Of a stretch of DNA of 63,347 bases, positions 47,531-56,246 are shown in pieces. The stretch is taken from assembly GCA_017853115.1 (NCBI GenBank), contig JAFMKE010000001.1, forward strand, positions 1 through 63,347, given 5' to 3'. Source of the DNA: Verrucomicrobiota bacterium (GTDB taxonomy: Bacteria > Bacteroidota > Bacteroidia > Chitinophagales > UBA8649). The translations under genes and the position numbers were made by a program. Numbering within the stretch: the stretch's first letter is position 1; each line of letters starts with the position of its first letter. The notes under the pieces were generated by a model. That model was given only the letters and a program-made list of their open reading frames with translations, had not been told where the DNA came from and did no database searches.

Positions 47531-47967
47531 TCTGCATCTGCAAAGTATAATTTTTCAATTTTATCAATTGGTCCTTGGCAAAAAATAGCATGACAATCTA
47601 CGCATGCAGAAATCACTAAGTTGAATTTCTCAACTTGCTCAATTTTCTTTTCTACTCCCAGTAATTCTTCTACGCTGGCCAGGTATTGGTCTGCCCTTTC
47701 AATAAATACTTCGTTTCGAACAGCGGGGTCGGTTGCTTCAACCGTATATATCCCATAGTAATCTTCAGGAAAGGTGGCTTGAAAATTTTCATTTTCAATC
47801 GCGCCTTTCCAACCCAAAGCATCGCCATGCATTTTTAACATGAGTAAGGCAAGTGGAGTTGGCTCATACATTATGGATTGCTCTTGCTTCTTGGGCTGCA
47901 CTTGCTGATTACAAGCCGTTACAATAATAAAGAAAGTAATACTTAAAACAACTTGGATTTTTTTCAT
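47527..47967 (-). CDS. lipoprotein with C-terminal CxxCH haem-c motif (class II cytochrome c-like)
   Basis: Lipobox 'IIVTAC', a predicted helical body, and a single 'CVDCH' motif about 25 aa from the C-terminus. Confidence 0.55.
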   Translation of the reverse strand: MKKIQVVLSITFFIIVTACNQQVQPKKQEQSIMYEPTPLALLMLKMHGDALGWKGAIENENFQATFPEDYYGIYTVEATDPAVRNEVFIERADQYLASVEELLGVEKKIEQVEKFNLVISACVDCHAIFCQGPIDKIEKLYFADAD

Positions 47968-47969
47968 AC

Positions 47970-48446
47970 TTACTCTATTACTACTCCTTTAGCCATAAAT
48001 GTATACGAAACTTCTGGCTCAGTAATCGCTGCAATCACCTCATCGCTTTCTCCTGCATCAAATGCATAATGCTTCAATTCTTCCACAGTCATTACTTCTT
48101 TGTAGGCCCAACCTTCAATAGTGGCTATTCTCCCATCGGCATTCAACGGGACAAAAAATCCATAATCTTTAAAACGAACAAAGATTTCATCATCCGCTCC
48201 AATAGGCATGCTCATCCAACATCCTTTTTTCTGGCAAACTTCTTTGATTTCTCCTGTCATTTTCATTTCAATTGAGTCACCTGCTGTAAAGTGGTCGAAA
48301 AAAGCTGTTGAAGCTATTGACCCATCCAGATCAATGGACTCGCCAAAGTATTCAAGACTCGAATCGGTCGCTGAGTCTCCTGCGGCTGTTTGTTTACATG
48401 ATGAAAACATGAGAAGACTGACAAGAAACAAAAGTAGATTTTTCAT
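47970..48446 (-). CDS. DUF4920-like lipoprotein
   Basis: Lipobox 'LMFSSCK' and the 'VCQKKGCWMSM' motif that I associate with DUF4920. It ends 2 nt upstream of the CxxCH gene. Confidence 0.55.
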   Translation of the reverse strand: MKNLLLFLVSLLMFSSCKQTAAGDSATDSSLEYFGESIDLDGSIASTAFFDHFTAGDSIEMKMTGEIKEVCQKKGCWMSMPIGADDEIFVRFKDYGFFVPLNADGRIATIEGWAYKEVMTVEELKHYAFDAGESDEVIAAITEPEVSYTFMAKGVVIE

Positions 48447-48515
48447 AGGTTTTTAATTTCATACAAAATTATGAGAATTGGAACGATTATAAACTTTTAA
48501 AGCTGATTAATCGTT

Positions 48516-48523
48516 TATCTTTG
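48516..48523 (+). promoter_or_regulatory. -7 promoter box TATCTTTG
   Basis: Ends 28 nt upstream of the ATG at 48552. Confidence 0.45.
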
Positions 48524-48551
48524 GCATAATTAACATGAAAACAAATATTAT

Positions 48552-49103
48552 ATGAAAGCTTTATTTACTTTTTTGACAATAATTTTTCTTGTTGGATTGT
48601 CTGCCCAAAGCATCAATCTCGAAGCAAGTAAAATGGAATGGACGGGTAAAAAAATTACTGGACAACATAATGGAACGATTCAAATAGCCGAGGCGAATTT
48701 TGGATATGAAGACGGACAGTTGGTTAGTGGAACAATTGTAATCGACATGACATCTATTAGCTGTTCGGATTTAAGTGGTGAAAAGGCAGAAAGTCTTGTT
48801 GGTCATTTGAAAAGCGCTGACTTTTTTGATGTGGTAGGTTTCCCGGAAGCAGAGTTAACCTTCAACTCGGTTAAGCAGGTGGAAGGTAATTCTTACCAAC
48901 TATCAGGGGAGCTAACAATTAAAGGAATTACCGAAGCTATTTCTTTTTATGCGAATATTGGTGAGAAAGAAGCGACAACAACCTTGAAGATAGATCGAAG
49001 TAAATATGATGTTCGTTACGGTTCAACTTCATTTTTTGATGGCCTTGGCGATAAAGCGATTGATAATATTTTTGAAATCAAGGCGAAGCTAGTTTTTCAA
49101 TAG
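48552..49103 (+). CDS. YceI-family (polyisoprenoid-binding-like) periplasmic protein
   Basis: Signal peptide, 'W.GKK..G.H.GT', 'D.TSI...........L.GHLKSADFFDV..FP.A.F' and 'L.G.LTIKGIT'. Confidence 0.85.
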   Translation: MKALFTFLTIIFLVGLSAQSINLEASKMEWTGKKITGQHNGTIQIAEANFGYEDGQLVSGTIVIDMTSISCSDLSGEKAESLVGHLKSADFFDVVGFPEAELTFNSVKQVEGNSYQLSGELTIKGITEAISFYANIGEKEATTTLKIDRSKYDVRYGSTSFFDGLGDKAIDNIFEIKAKLVFQ

Positions 49104-49106
49104 GTG

Positions 49107-49994
49107 ATGAAGGACCTTTTGAAGACCGTAATAATTCAAAACGGTAATTTTATCGCGGAAATACTTCCTAATTACGGTGCCGCTGTCAATGCCTATAAAT
49201 ATAACGAACACAATTTCATAGACGGCTATGCGAGTGTGCAGGAAATAACTCAACAACAATATAAAGGCGTCATTTTGGCGCCTTTTCCCAATCGCCTGGC
49301 AGCCGCTCAATACAATTTTGAAAATAATACTTACACTTTACCGATTAATCGAGAAAAGGAAAATTTGGCTTTGCATGGCTTATTATATAATGAGCCTTTT
49401 GAAATCATCCAACAAGTAGATAATGAGTTGACGCTGTATTATTTGTATGACGCGAACGAAGCAGGCTATCCGTTTAAATTTTCCCTGACCATCAATTACA
49501 TTTTACACAAATCGGGTCGTTTGGAGATTCAGTCTTACATTGAGAACCTCGGCTCATCAATGCCTTTTGGCTTAGGTTGGCACCCCTATTTTCAGCTGGA
49601 TGTGAATGTGGATGAACTCAAACTCGCTTTTCCGCCAAGTGATTGGGTAATCTTGGACGAGCAAAAAATTCCAACAGGTAATTTAGATCCTTATGAGATT
49701 GACGGTGACTTTCTTATTATGAAAAATCAACACTTTGATGATTGCTTTGCCCTGCGTAAAGGTCAGGTCAATCAATTCAAAGTGCGAAGCAAACAGTTTG
49801 ATTTAATCATTCAAAGCCCCTCACTTGCAGATTTCGCCTATTTTCAGATTTATACTCCGCCAAGTAGAACGAGTATCGCCATTGAGCCTATGACCTGTGC
49901 GCCAAATGCTTTTAATAATGGTATGGGTCTTAAGGTCTTGGGGCCAAATGAAAAACGTCGATTCACCTATTCCATTCAGGCGTTAAGAAGATAA
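49107..49994 (+). CDS. aldose 1-epimerase-family protein
   Basis: 'PFPNRL', 'LHG' and 'GWHPYF' motifs of the galactose-mutarotase-like fold. GTG at 49104 or ATG at 49107 could serve as the start. Confidence 0.8.
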   Translation: MKDLLKTVIIQNGNFIAEILPNYGAAVNAYKYNEHNFIDGYASVQEITQQQYKGVILAPFPNRLAAAQYNFENNTYTLPINREKENLALHGLLYNEPFEIIQQVDNELTLYYLYDANEAGYPFKFSLTINYILHKSGRLEIQSYIENLGSSMPFGLGWHPYFQLDVNVDELKLAFPPSDWVILDEQKIPTGNLDPYEIDGDFLIMKNQHFDDCFALRKGQVNQFKVRSKQFDLIIQSPSLADFAYFQIYTPPSRTSIAIEPMTCAPNAFNNGMGLKVLGPNEKRRFTYSIQALRR

Positions 49995-50134
49995 ATGAAA
50001 AGGCACAAACTGTACTTGGGGAGATATTCGATATTCGTGAGTTTCATGAAGTTGTGCTAACCAATGGCTCTGTCCCGCTAGATATTTTAGAAGAACTAGT
50101 GGATACTTGGATTAAAGAAAAACAAAGAACCTAA
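49994..50134 (+). pseudogene. C-terminal remnant (~47 codons) of a DUF885-family gene
   Basis: The frame ending in TAA at 50132..50134 reads 'NEKAQTVLGEIFDIREFHEVVLTNGSVPLDILEELVDTWIKEKQRT*'. This resembles the conserved C-terminal end of DUF885 proteins. In-frame stops lie upstream at 49949 and 49931, and no start codon is available. Confidence 0.55.
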
Positions 50135-50243
50135 ACACTTATTGGAAAGGGCTGCTCAAAAAGTTTATGGCAATAAATATCAACTAAAATGGTTTAGAAT
50201 GTGTTTAAGCAAAAATAAGTTTGCTAATTAAATAATAGCTCCC

Positions 50244-50251
50244 TATCTTTG
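50244..50251 (+). promoter_or_regulatory. -7 promoter box TATCTTTG upstream of rpmH
   Basis: Ends 54 nt upstream of the ATG at 50306. Confidence 0.45.
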
Positions 50252-50305
50252 CACTCCGTTAAAAAATGCAATTCTCCCGTCTTTCGGGAATAAAATTTTA
50301 AGAAG

Positions 50306-50461
50306 ATGAAAAGAACATTTCAACCGTCAAGAAGAAAGCGTAAGAATAAACATGGTTTCCGTGAGCGTATGAGTACGAAAAACGGTAGAAAAGTTATTGC
50401 TCGAAGAAGAGCGAAAGGCAGAAAAAAATTAACTGTTTCTGACGAAAGAAGACTTAAATAA
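50306..50461 (+). CDS. rpmH: 50S ribosomal protein L34
   Basis: Not in the ORF track because it is under 60 aa. My translation is '[51 protein letters not shown]', the canonical L34 sequence. It lies directly upstream of rnpA, as in most bacteria. Confidence 0.95.
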   Translation: MKRTFQPSRRKRKNKHGFRERMSTKNGRKVIARRRAKGRKKLTVSDERRLK

Positions 50462-50513
50462 CAAGAAAATAGCTTTTACCTTCAGTCGTGTTGAACGGCT
50501 TAAAAGCAAAGAA

Positions 50514-50846
50514 ATGTTGGCTTCTCTTTTCAATAAGGGAAGCCATTTTGTTTCATCACCCCTGCATATTCGTTATCTAAGTATCGAGGGTATCACCTCA
50601 AGTCCATTAAAAGTTGCATTCAGCGTTCCGAAGAAGCGTTTCAAAAATGCCACAGATAGGAATCGAATAAAACGACAACTTCGTGAAGTTTATCGCCTAA
50701 ATAAACACCACCTTGAACCGAATTTAATTCAATCAAACACCTGTGTTCATTGTTTATTCATTTACACCTCTAACGAACATCCTACCTTCAAGCAATTGGA
50801 GCAAGCTTTCACTAAGCTGATTGATTACTTCAATTCTCGCTTATAA
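50514..50846 (+). CDS. rnpA: ribonuclease P protein component (5' end probably further upstream)
   Basis: 'KVAFSVPKKRFKNATDRNRIKRQLRE' is the RNR motif. The first canonical start is the ATG at 50514, but the conserved 'FSRVERLKSKE' continues in frame upstream to about 50469. Confidence 0.85.
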   Translation: MLASLFNKGSHFVSSPLHIRYLSIEGITSSPLKVAFSVPKKRFKNATDRNRIKRQLREVYRLNKHHLEPNLIQSNTCVHCLFIYTSNEHPTFKQLEQAFTKLIDYFNSRL

Positions 50847-50919
50847 AGCGGGTGTCACAGTTTTGTAAGTTCTTGCATAAGTGCTTGAGCCATTTCAAGG
50901 ATGTCATCAAATATTCACG

Positions 50920-50927
50920 TATTTTTG
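50920..50927 (+). promoter_or_regulatory. -7 promoter box TATTTTTG
   Basis: Ends 23 nt upstream of the ATG at 50951. Confidence 0.45.
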
Positions 50928-50950
50928 CAGGAACATTTTTAACATTTCTC

Positions 50951-52588
50951 ATGAATAGAATAATCATAATCCTAGTTCTTTTTGGTCAGTTTGTGTTTGC
51001 TCAAAACGAACTCCAGGATCAGTTAAGCGCTCATGTTCACTTTTTGAGTGACGACCGACTGGAAGGAAGAGCTACAGGAAGTGATGGGGAACGAATGGCA
51101 TTGGAATATATATCTTCTTATTTCCAAGAATATGGCCTTGAGTCGAAAGGAGAAGAAGGTTTTGTGCAAAAATTTGATTTTACCTTAGGGAAAAAAGCGG
51201 GTATCACCAATGCTTTGAAAATCAATGATGAGCAAATAGAAATCATTGCGCAGTACTATCCTTTAATATATTCGGGCAATGGTTCAGTGAATGCAATAGT
51301 GGAAGATGTAGGATATGGTATACATGCTCCTGGATTGTATGATGATTTTGCCTCAAAAAAAGTGTTGGACGGTAAAGTTTTTGCGATTAACGTGTCATCT
51401 CCAGACGGCATACACCCTCATTCAAAGTATGCAGACTATACCGATTACCAAACCAGAATCAAAACCGCAGAAGCTTTCGGTGCCTCAGCTGTAATCTTCT
51501 ATAATCAGGATGAAAACCTGGATGATCCAGCATTTGATTTGTCAATGAATGTAAAAGCTTTCGATATACCTGTTGTCTTCCTTAAAGAACGCCAGATTAA
51601 AACCGGCGATGAGATAAAGTTGAACGTTGATTTGAAGCAACAAAATAGAACAGGACATAACGTAATTGCTTATATCAATAATGGAGCTGAGCATACAGTT
51701 GTTTTAGGGGCTCATTATGATCATTTAGGTTGGGGTGAAAGTGGAGGTTCTTTGCATCGTGGCGATCGTGCAATTCATAATGGAGCGGACGATAACGCGA
51801 GTGGAGTGTCTTTAATGCTTGAATTGGCCAAGGCGATAAAGGAGAATAATCTTGCGAATAATAATTACTTGTTTATTGCTTTTTCCGGAGAGGAATTAGG
51901 ACTATATGGTTCGAAATCATTTGTAAAATCGGCTACGATTGATACAGCCCGAATCAATTATATGTTGAATTTTGACATGGTTGGTCGCCTAGATGAGGAA
52001 AGCACCATTGCGATTAATGGTGTGGGAACTTCGCCACTATTTGCGGAAAAAGTAACAGCAACAAAAGCCGGTAATTTAAATATAAAAACTACAGAATCTG
52101 GGATGGGGCCATCTGATCACGCTTCTTTTTATTTAGCGAATAAGCCTGTTTTGCATTTTTATACCGGGAATAACCCTGATTATCACAAACCATCGGATGA
52201 CCCACACTTGATAAATTATCCGGGAATGGTTCAAATATTCGATTACACTTTTGCCTTACTAAGTGATTTAGATGATGAAGGCAAGTTTGAATTCACTAAA
52301 ACAAAGGATAGTGACAATAAAAATGCACCGAGATTTTCTGTCACTTTAGGTGTTGTTCCTGACTATATGTTCGACGGCGAAGGAATGCGTATTGATGGGG
52401 TGACAGAAGGTAAGCCTGCCCACGCTGCGGGCCTTCTACCAGGCGATGTCGTTAAGCAATTGGGCGATATTGAGATCACTGATATGATGGCTTATATGAC
52501 GGCACTTAGTAAGTTTAAAGCTGGTGATAAAACCCTTGTCAAAGTGGAGCGAGATAAAGTAATTCTGGTATTTCCAATTCAGTTCTAA
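50951..52588 (+). CDS. M28-family metallopeptidase with C-terminal PDZ domain
   Basis: The ATG at 50951 gives signal peptide 'MNRIIIILVLFGQFVFAQ'. M28 metal ligands are 'GAHYDHLG', 'GADDNASG' and 'FSGEELGLYGS'. The PDZ-like C-terminus reads 'GKPAHAAGLLPGDVVKQLGD'. Confidence 0.85.
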   Translation: MNRIIIILVLFGQFVFAQNELQDQLSAHVHFLSDDRLEGRATGSDGERMALEYISSYFQEYGLESKGEEGFVQKFDFTLGKKAGITNALKINDEQIEIIAQYYPLIYSGNGSVNAIVEDVGYGIHAPGLYDDFASKKVLDGKVFAINVSSPDGIHPHSKYADYTDYQTRIKTAEAFGASAVIFYNQDENLDDPAFDLSMNVKAFDIPVVFLKERQIKTGDEIKLNVDLKQQNRTGHNVIAYINNGAEHTVVLGAHYDHLGWGESGGSLHRGDRAIHNGADDNASGVSLMLELAKAIKENNLANNNYLFIAFSGEELGLYGSKSFVKSATIDTARINYMLNFDMVGRLDEESTIAINGVGTSPLFAEKVTATKAGNLNIKTTESGMGPSDHASFYLANKPVLHFYTGNNPDYHKPSDDPHLINYPGMVQIFDYTFALLSDLDDEGKFEFTKTKDSDNKNAPRFSVTLGVVPDYMFDGEGMRIDGVTEGKPAHAAGLLPGDVVKQLGDIEITDMMAYMTALSKFKAGDKTLVKVERDKVILVFPIQF

Positions 52589-53244
52589 TGGCGAAGTTGC
52601 TTTTTATCGATACATCTTCTAAGAATTGTTCTGCATTGATAGCCGATGATGGACAGGTTATAGCGGAGCGTTTTGAAGCAAATACACGATCACATGCTCA
52701 ATTGTTGCCTGTATTTATTAATGAGCTCTTTCAGCAAACCAAGCTTGAGCGATCCGAGTTATCTGCTCTTGTTGTTTCTGCTGGTCCAGGATCGTATACA
52801 GGGGTCCGGATTGGCATGTCAGTAGCGAAGGGCATGTGTTACACCCTTGATTTGCCACTCATAGCCTTGGATTCACTTAGTTCTATGGCTGAGGCGATGA
52901 TTGATAAAACTACTGAAAATGATGCTGTGTATATCGCTACTATGGACTCTCGTAAAGGTGAAATATACTATGCCGCAATGGATGATAAAGGGCAGATCTT
53001 GAGTCCGTCTCAACCTGCAGTGGTCAAAGATTTGACCTGGGATAAATGGATAGGTAAAAAAGTTTTTATCGCTGGAAATACCAAGGACAAATTGCAAGAT
53101 AGTCCCTGCTCACTTATATTAACTCGTTTACCAATTGATTATTCCGCAAAAAACTATATTAAAAGTGCTTTTGAGCGCTTTGAAAAAGGCATATTCGATG
53201 ATCTCGTTTATAAAGAACCTAATTATCTCAAACCTTTTCAATAA
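52588..53244 (+). CDS. tsaB: tRNA t6A37 threonylcarbamoyltransferase complex subunit TsaB
   Basis: 'LFIDTSS..CS.AL' and 'AGPGSYTGVRIG...KG' are present. Its start overlaps the upstream stop (TAATG). Confidence 0.88.
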   Translation: MAKLLFIDTSSKNCSALIADDGQVIAERFEANTRSHAQLLPVFINELFQQTKLERSELSALVVSAGPGSYTGVRIGMSVAKGMCYTLDLPLIALDSLSSMAEAMIDKTTENDAVYIATMDSRKGEIYYAAMDDKGQILSPSQPAVVKDLTWDKWIGKKVFIAGNTKDKLQDSPCSLILTRLPIDYSAKNYIKSAFERFEKGIFDDLVYKEPNYLKPFQ

Positions 53245-53282
53245 AGTGTTGTTCTATTGTTAGCTAAACAAACTAACTAACC

Positions 53283-53624
53283 ATGGGATATAGCACAAAA
53301 AAAATAGCGGATATAGCACTAAAAGACGGGAAAGATGAAATTCTTATTAAAGGTGGTGTACTCCAAAATGCGGCGTTAGCAGTAAGAGCCATTAATCATC
53401 CGCTTAGAAAAAAAGTGATTGATCTATTGGAGCAAAACGGAGAGATGGTGGTTACGGATATCTATGTGAAGCTAAGGACGGAACAATCAGTTGCTTCGCA
53501 ACACCTAGCGATCTTAAGAAATTCAGGATTCGTAAATACAAGAAGAGAAGGGAAATTTATTCACTACGGTTTGAATAAAGACAGATTCAAAAATTCGGCT
53601 AAGCTTATTGAACAGCTGGCCTAG
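53283..53624 (+). CDS. ArsR/SmtB-family winged-helix transcriptional regulator
   Basis: 'AINHPLRKKVIDLLEQNGEMVVTDIYVKLRTEQSVASQHLAILRNSGFVNTRREGKFIHYGLN'. Confidence 0.8.
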   Translation: MGYSTKKIADIALKDGKDEILIKGGVLQNAALAVRAINHPLRKKVIDLLEQNGEMVVTDIYVKLRTEQSVASQHLAILRNSGFVNTRREGKFIHYGLNKDRFKNSAKLIEQLA

Positions 53625-53754
53625 CCGTAATGCATAGATTAATGCAAATATGGAGTGCGATATTTGTAAAATCTTGTAAAACGTACCACTAATTCAATTC
53701 TTGTTAGTACCGAGTTAAAAGAATTCATTAATTTTACAAACATATTTTAAGCTA

Positions 53755-54390
53755 ATGGCAGATAAATTATTTGTAAGTACCAAAGATGAATCACCTAAGC
53801 TATTCGAGAATCCCTTTATCGATTTTTTCTCTCGAGTACCATTCTATGTGCCCTTATTTATTTTTATTCCGGTAGTAGGATATTATTCCTACTTGTCATT
53901 TGTAGAAAAACAGTTAGGTATTTGGGAGTTTGCTGCTTCCTTTATTGTGGGCGTGATTATATGGACGCTTATGGAATATCTTATCCATCGCTTTATTTTT
54001 CACGGTCATCCGAAAGCAGAATGGGCAAAAAAAATTCACTATACTTTTCATGGGATACATCACGATTATCCGCAAGATTCCCTGCGACTAGTTATGCCAC
54101 CTGCGGTTAGTATTCCGCTAGCTATTGCATTCTACTGGATTTTTTATTGGCCAATGAATTTCTTCGGAATGTTAGATTTCCATTATGCTTATTTCGCCGG
54201 ATTTGTGGCGGCCTACTTAATATATGATATGATGCATTACGCTTCTCATCATGTTCCTATGAAAGGTAAATACCTGAAAATGGTTAAAGATCACCATATG
54301 AAACATCACTACAAAAGTCCTGATGAAGGATTTGGTTTTACTTCCAAAGTCTGGGACAGGGTGTTCGATACAGATTTTAAAGAAGATTAA
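53755..54390 (+). CDS. fatty acid hydroxylase / sterol desaturase-family membrane protein
   Basis: His boxes 'HRFIFH', 'HGIHHDYP' and 'HHMKHH' in a 4-TM protein. Confidence 0.82.
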   Translation: MADKLFVSTKDESPKLFENPFIDFFSRVPFYVPLFIFIPVVGYYSYLSFVEKQLGIWEFAASFIVGVIIWTLMEYLIHRFIFHGHPKAEWAKKIHYTFHGIHHDYPQDSLRLVMPPAVSIPLAIAFYWIFYWPMNFFGMLDFHYAYFAGFVAAYLIYDMMHYASHHVPMKGKYLKMVKDHHMKHHYKSPDEGFGFTSKVWDRVFDTDFKED

Positions 54391-54435
54391 CCTTTTTCCT
54401 AAAACTTCTTTGTGAGTTGAATGGTTTGTATGCTT

Positions 54436-54909
54436 ATGAAACCATTGTTTATAACAGCCATACTTGGTATAGTGAGTTTAAGTTTTGCTCAAACGAATTT
54501 ATCCACTTCATACATTCTAAGAAATTCAGAAGATTCTGTCTTCCAAGATCTCAGTGATTTTCAGAAAAAGGTGATGTGCGGTGGGGCAACAGAAAAACCC
54601 TTTACAGGTAAATATCTCTACAACAAAGCCGAGGGGATTTATTATTGTGCCGCTTGCGAAAACCCTTTATTTACCTCAACAACTAAGTTCGATAGTGGTA
54701 GCGGTTGGCCTAGTTTTTTTGATCAAATTGATAGAAATGCCATCTCCAAAAGGGAAGACAATAGCTATGGTATGAAACGTATTGAAATTGTATGTGCGAA
54801 GTGTAAGGGACACCTGGGTCATGTATTTGAAGATGGCCCTGAGCCAACAGGTTTGCGATATTGTGTAAACTCTGCATCTTTACTTTTTATACCAAAAGAG
54901 AAAAAGTAA
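54436..54909 (+). CDS. msrB: peptide-methionine (R)-S-oxide reductase, secreted form
   Basis: Signal peptide '[19 protein letters not shown]', zinc CxxC pairs 'CAAC' and 'CAKC', 'GWPSF', and catalytic 'RYCVNS'. The track ORF starts at 54421. Confidence 0.9.
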   Translation: MKPLFITAILGIVSLSFAQTNLSTSYILRNSEDSVFQDLSDFQKKVMCGGATEKPFTGKYLYNKAEGIYYCAACENPLFTSTTKFDSGSGWPSFFDQIDRNAISKREDNSYGMKRIEIVCAKCKGHLGHVFEDGPEPTGLRYCVNSASLLFIPKEKK

Positions 54910-54911
54910 AA

Positions 54912-55562
54912 ATGAGTTCTTATCAGCATGTTATTTTTGACTTCGACGGCACGCTATTCGACTCCCGAATCGGCATAGTGAATAGTGTTAAATATGCTTT
55001 GGATGAGATGAAAATATCCCATCCATCCGAAGAAGTGCTTACTTCCTTTATTGGCCCACCTCTGCATTATTCTTTTCAAAAACACTTTGGCCTATCTCAA
55101 AAAGATACGGAGCATGCTGTTCTTAAGTTACGTGAGCACTACAGCGATGAAGGACACCTGCAGTCAAAACCGTATGAAGGCTTATTTGAAATAGTAAAAG
55201 AACTTTTTAAGCAGAATAGAAAGATCGGTATCGCTACAGCTAAGCCTACAGTGTATACCAAACACATATTGGATAATAATCAATGGACCAGTTATTTTCA
55301 TTGTGTTTATGGGAGTGATCTCAAAGGTGAGTTGTTCCCCAAAGAAAAAACTATAGCACAAGTTTTAAAGGATTTTCGACATCCTGATCCGGATACTTGT
55401 GTCATGATTGGTGATACTATTTACGATATAAAAGGAGCTCATCAACAAGGTATTCCTTCTATTGCTGTTGATTACGGGTATGGAAAAACACAGGATTTAA
55501 AAGATGCGCGACCCAAACATTTTGTTGAAAATGTTGAACAACTCCGGGAGTTAATTTTATAA
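54912..55562 (+). CDS. HAD-family hydrolase (phosphoglycolate phosphatase-like)
   Basis: The ATG at 54912 gives 'MSSYQHVIFDFDGTLFDS' (DxDxT), followed by 'IATAK' and 'MIGDTIYDIKGA'. The track ORF starts at 54861, inside msrB. Confidence 0.85.
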   Translation: MSSYQHVIFDFDGTLFDSRIGIVNSVKYALDEMKISHPSEEVLTSFIGPPLHYSFQKHFGLSQKDTEHAVLKLREHYSDEGHLQSKPYEGLFEIVKELFKQNRKIGIATAKPTVYTKHILDNNQWTSYFHCVYGSDLKGELFPKEKTIAQVLKDFRHPDPDTCVMIGDTIYDIKGAHQQGIPSIAVDYGYGKTQDLKDARPKHFVENVEQLRELIL

Positions 55563-55574
55563 TATGTAAATTTT

Positions 55575-56246
55575 CTATACGAATGCTTGCCATACTGTAT
55601 CTTCCGGTACTGGAGCTGTAATGCTGATATCTTCTTTACTTACCGGATGGATAAATGCAATGTGCCGCGCATGAAGATGGATGGATTTGTCTTCGTTTGG
55701 TCGGTCGAAACCATATTTAGTATCGCCTTTTATTGGACAACCAATCGAACTTAGTTGGACCCGAATCTGATGATGGCGCCCTGTCAAGGGTTTTACTTCA
55801 AGTAAGTAATAAGTTTTACTTTTTCCAATGAGGCTATAATTTAATTCACATTTAAGTCCCTGATTAAAGGCTTGGTCTTTGGCAAATGATTTGTTCTTGG
55901 CTTGATTTTTTTTCAGGTAATGCGTCAGCTTGGCTTCTTTTTCAGGCGGAGAGTTCTTTACCACGGCCCAATAAGTTTTTTGAATAAGCTTGTCTTTAAA
56001 CATTTGGTTTAACCGCGTAAGCGCTTTACTTGTCCTAGCAAACAACAAAATACCTGAAGTTGGTCGATCTAATCGATGAGGAATACCGATAAAAACAGCA
56101 CCGGGTTTATCATATTTGTTTTTCACATAGGCTTTTACGAGTTCCACAATAGGCTCGTCTCCTGTTTTATCGCCCTGGGCAAGTGCTCCACTTGGTTTGT
56201 TGATGGCAATGATATGATTGTCTTCGTACAGAATATCAAGCTTCAT
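55575..56246 (-). CDS. RluA-family pseudouridine synthase
   Basis: Catalytic 'HRLDRPTSGILLFA' and 'TGRHHQIRVQL'. It lacks an S4 domain. Confidence 0.88.
   Translation of the reverse strand: MKLDILYEDNHIIAINKPSGALAQGDKTGDEPIVELVKAYVKNKYDKPGAVFIGIPHRLDRPTSGILLFARTSKALTRLNQMFKDKLIQKTYWAVVKNSPPEKEAKLTHYLKKNQAKNKSFAKDQAFNQGLKCELNYSLIGKSKTYYLLEVKPLTGRHHQIRVQLSSIGCPIKGDTKYGFDRPNEDKSIHLHARHIAFIHPVSKEDISITAPVPEDTVWQAFV

Noticed and set aside
49995-50060. 21-codon ATG ORF immediately after the epimerase stop
   Set aside because: It is too short and unconserved-looking. The same DNA in another frame gives the DUF885-like remnant, which explains the sequence better.
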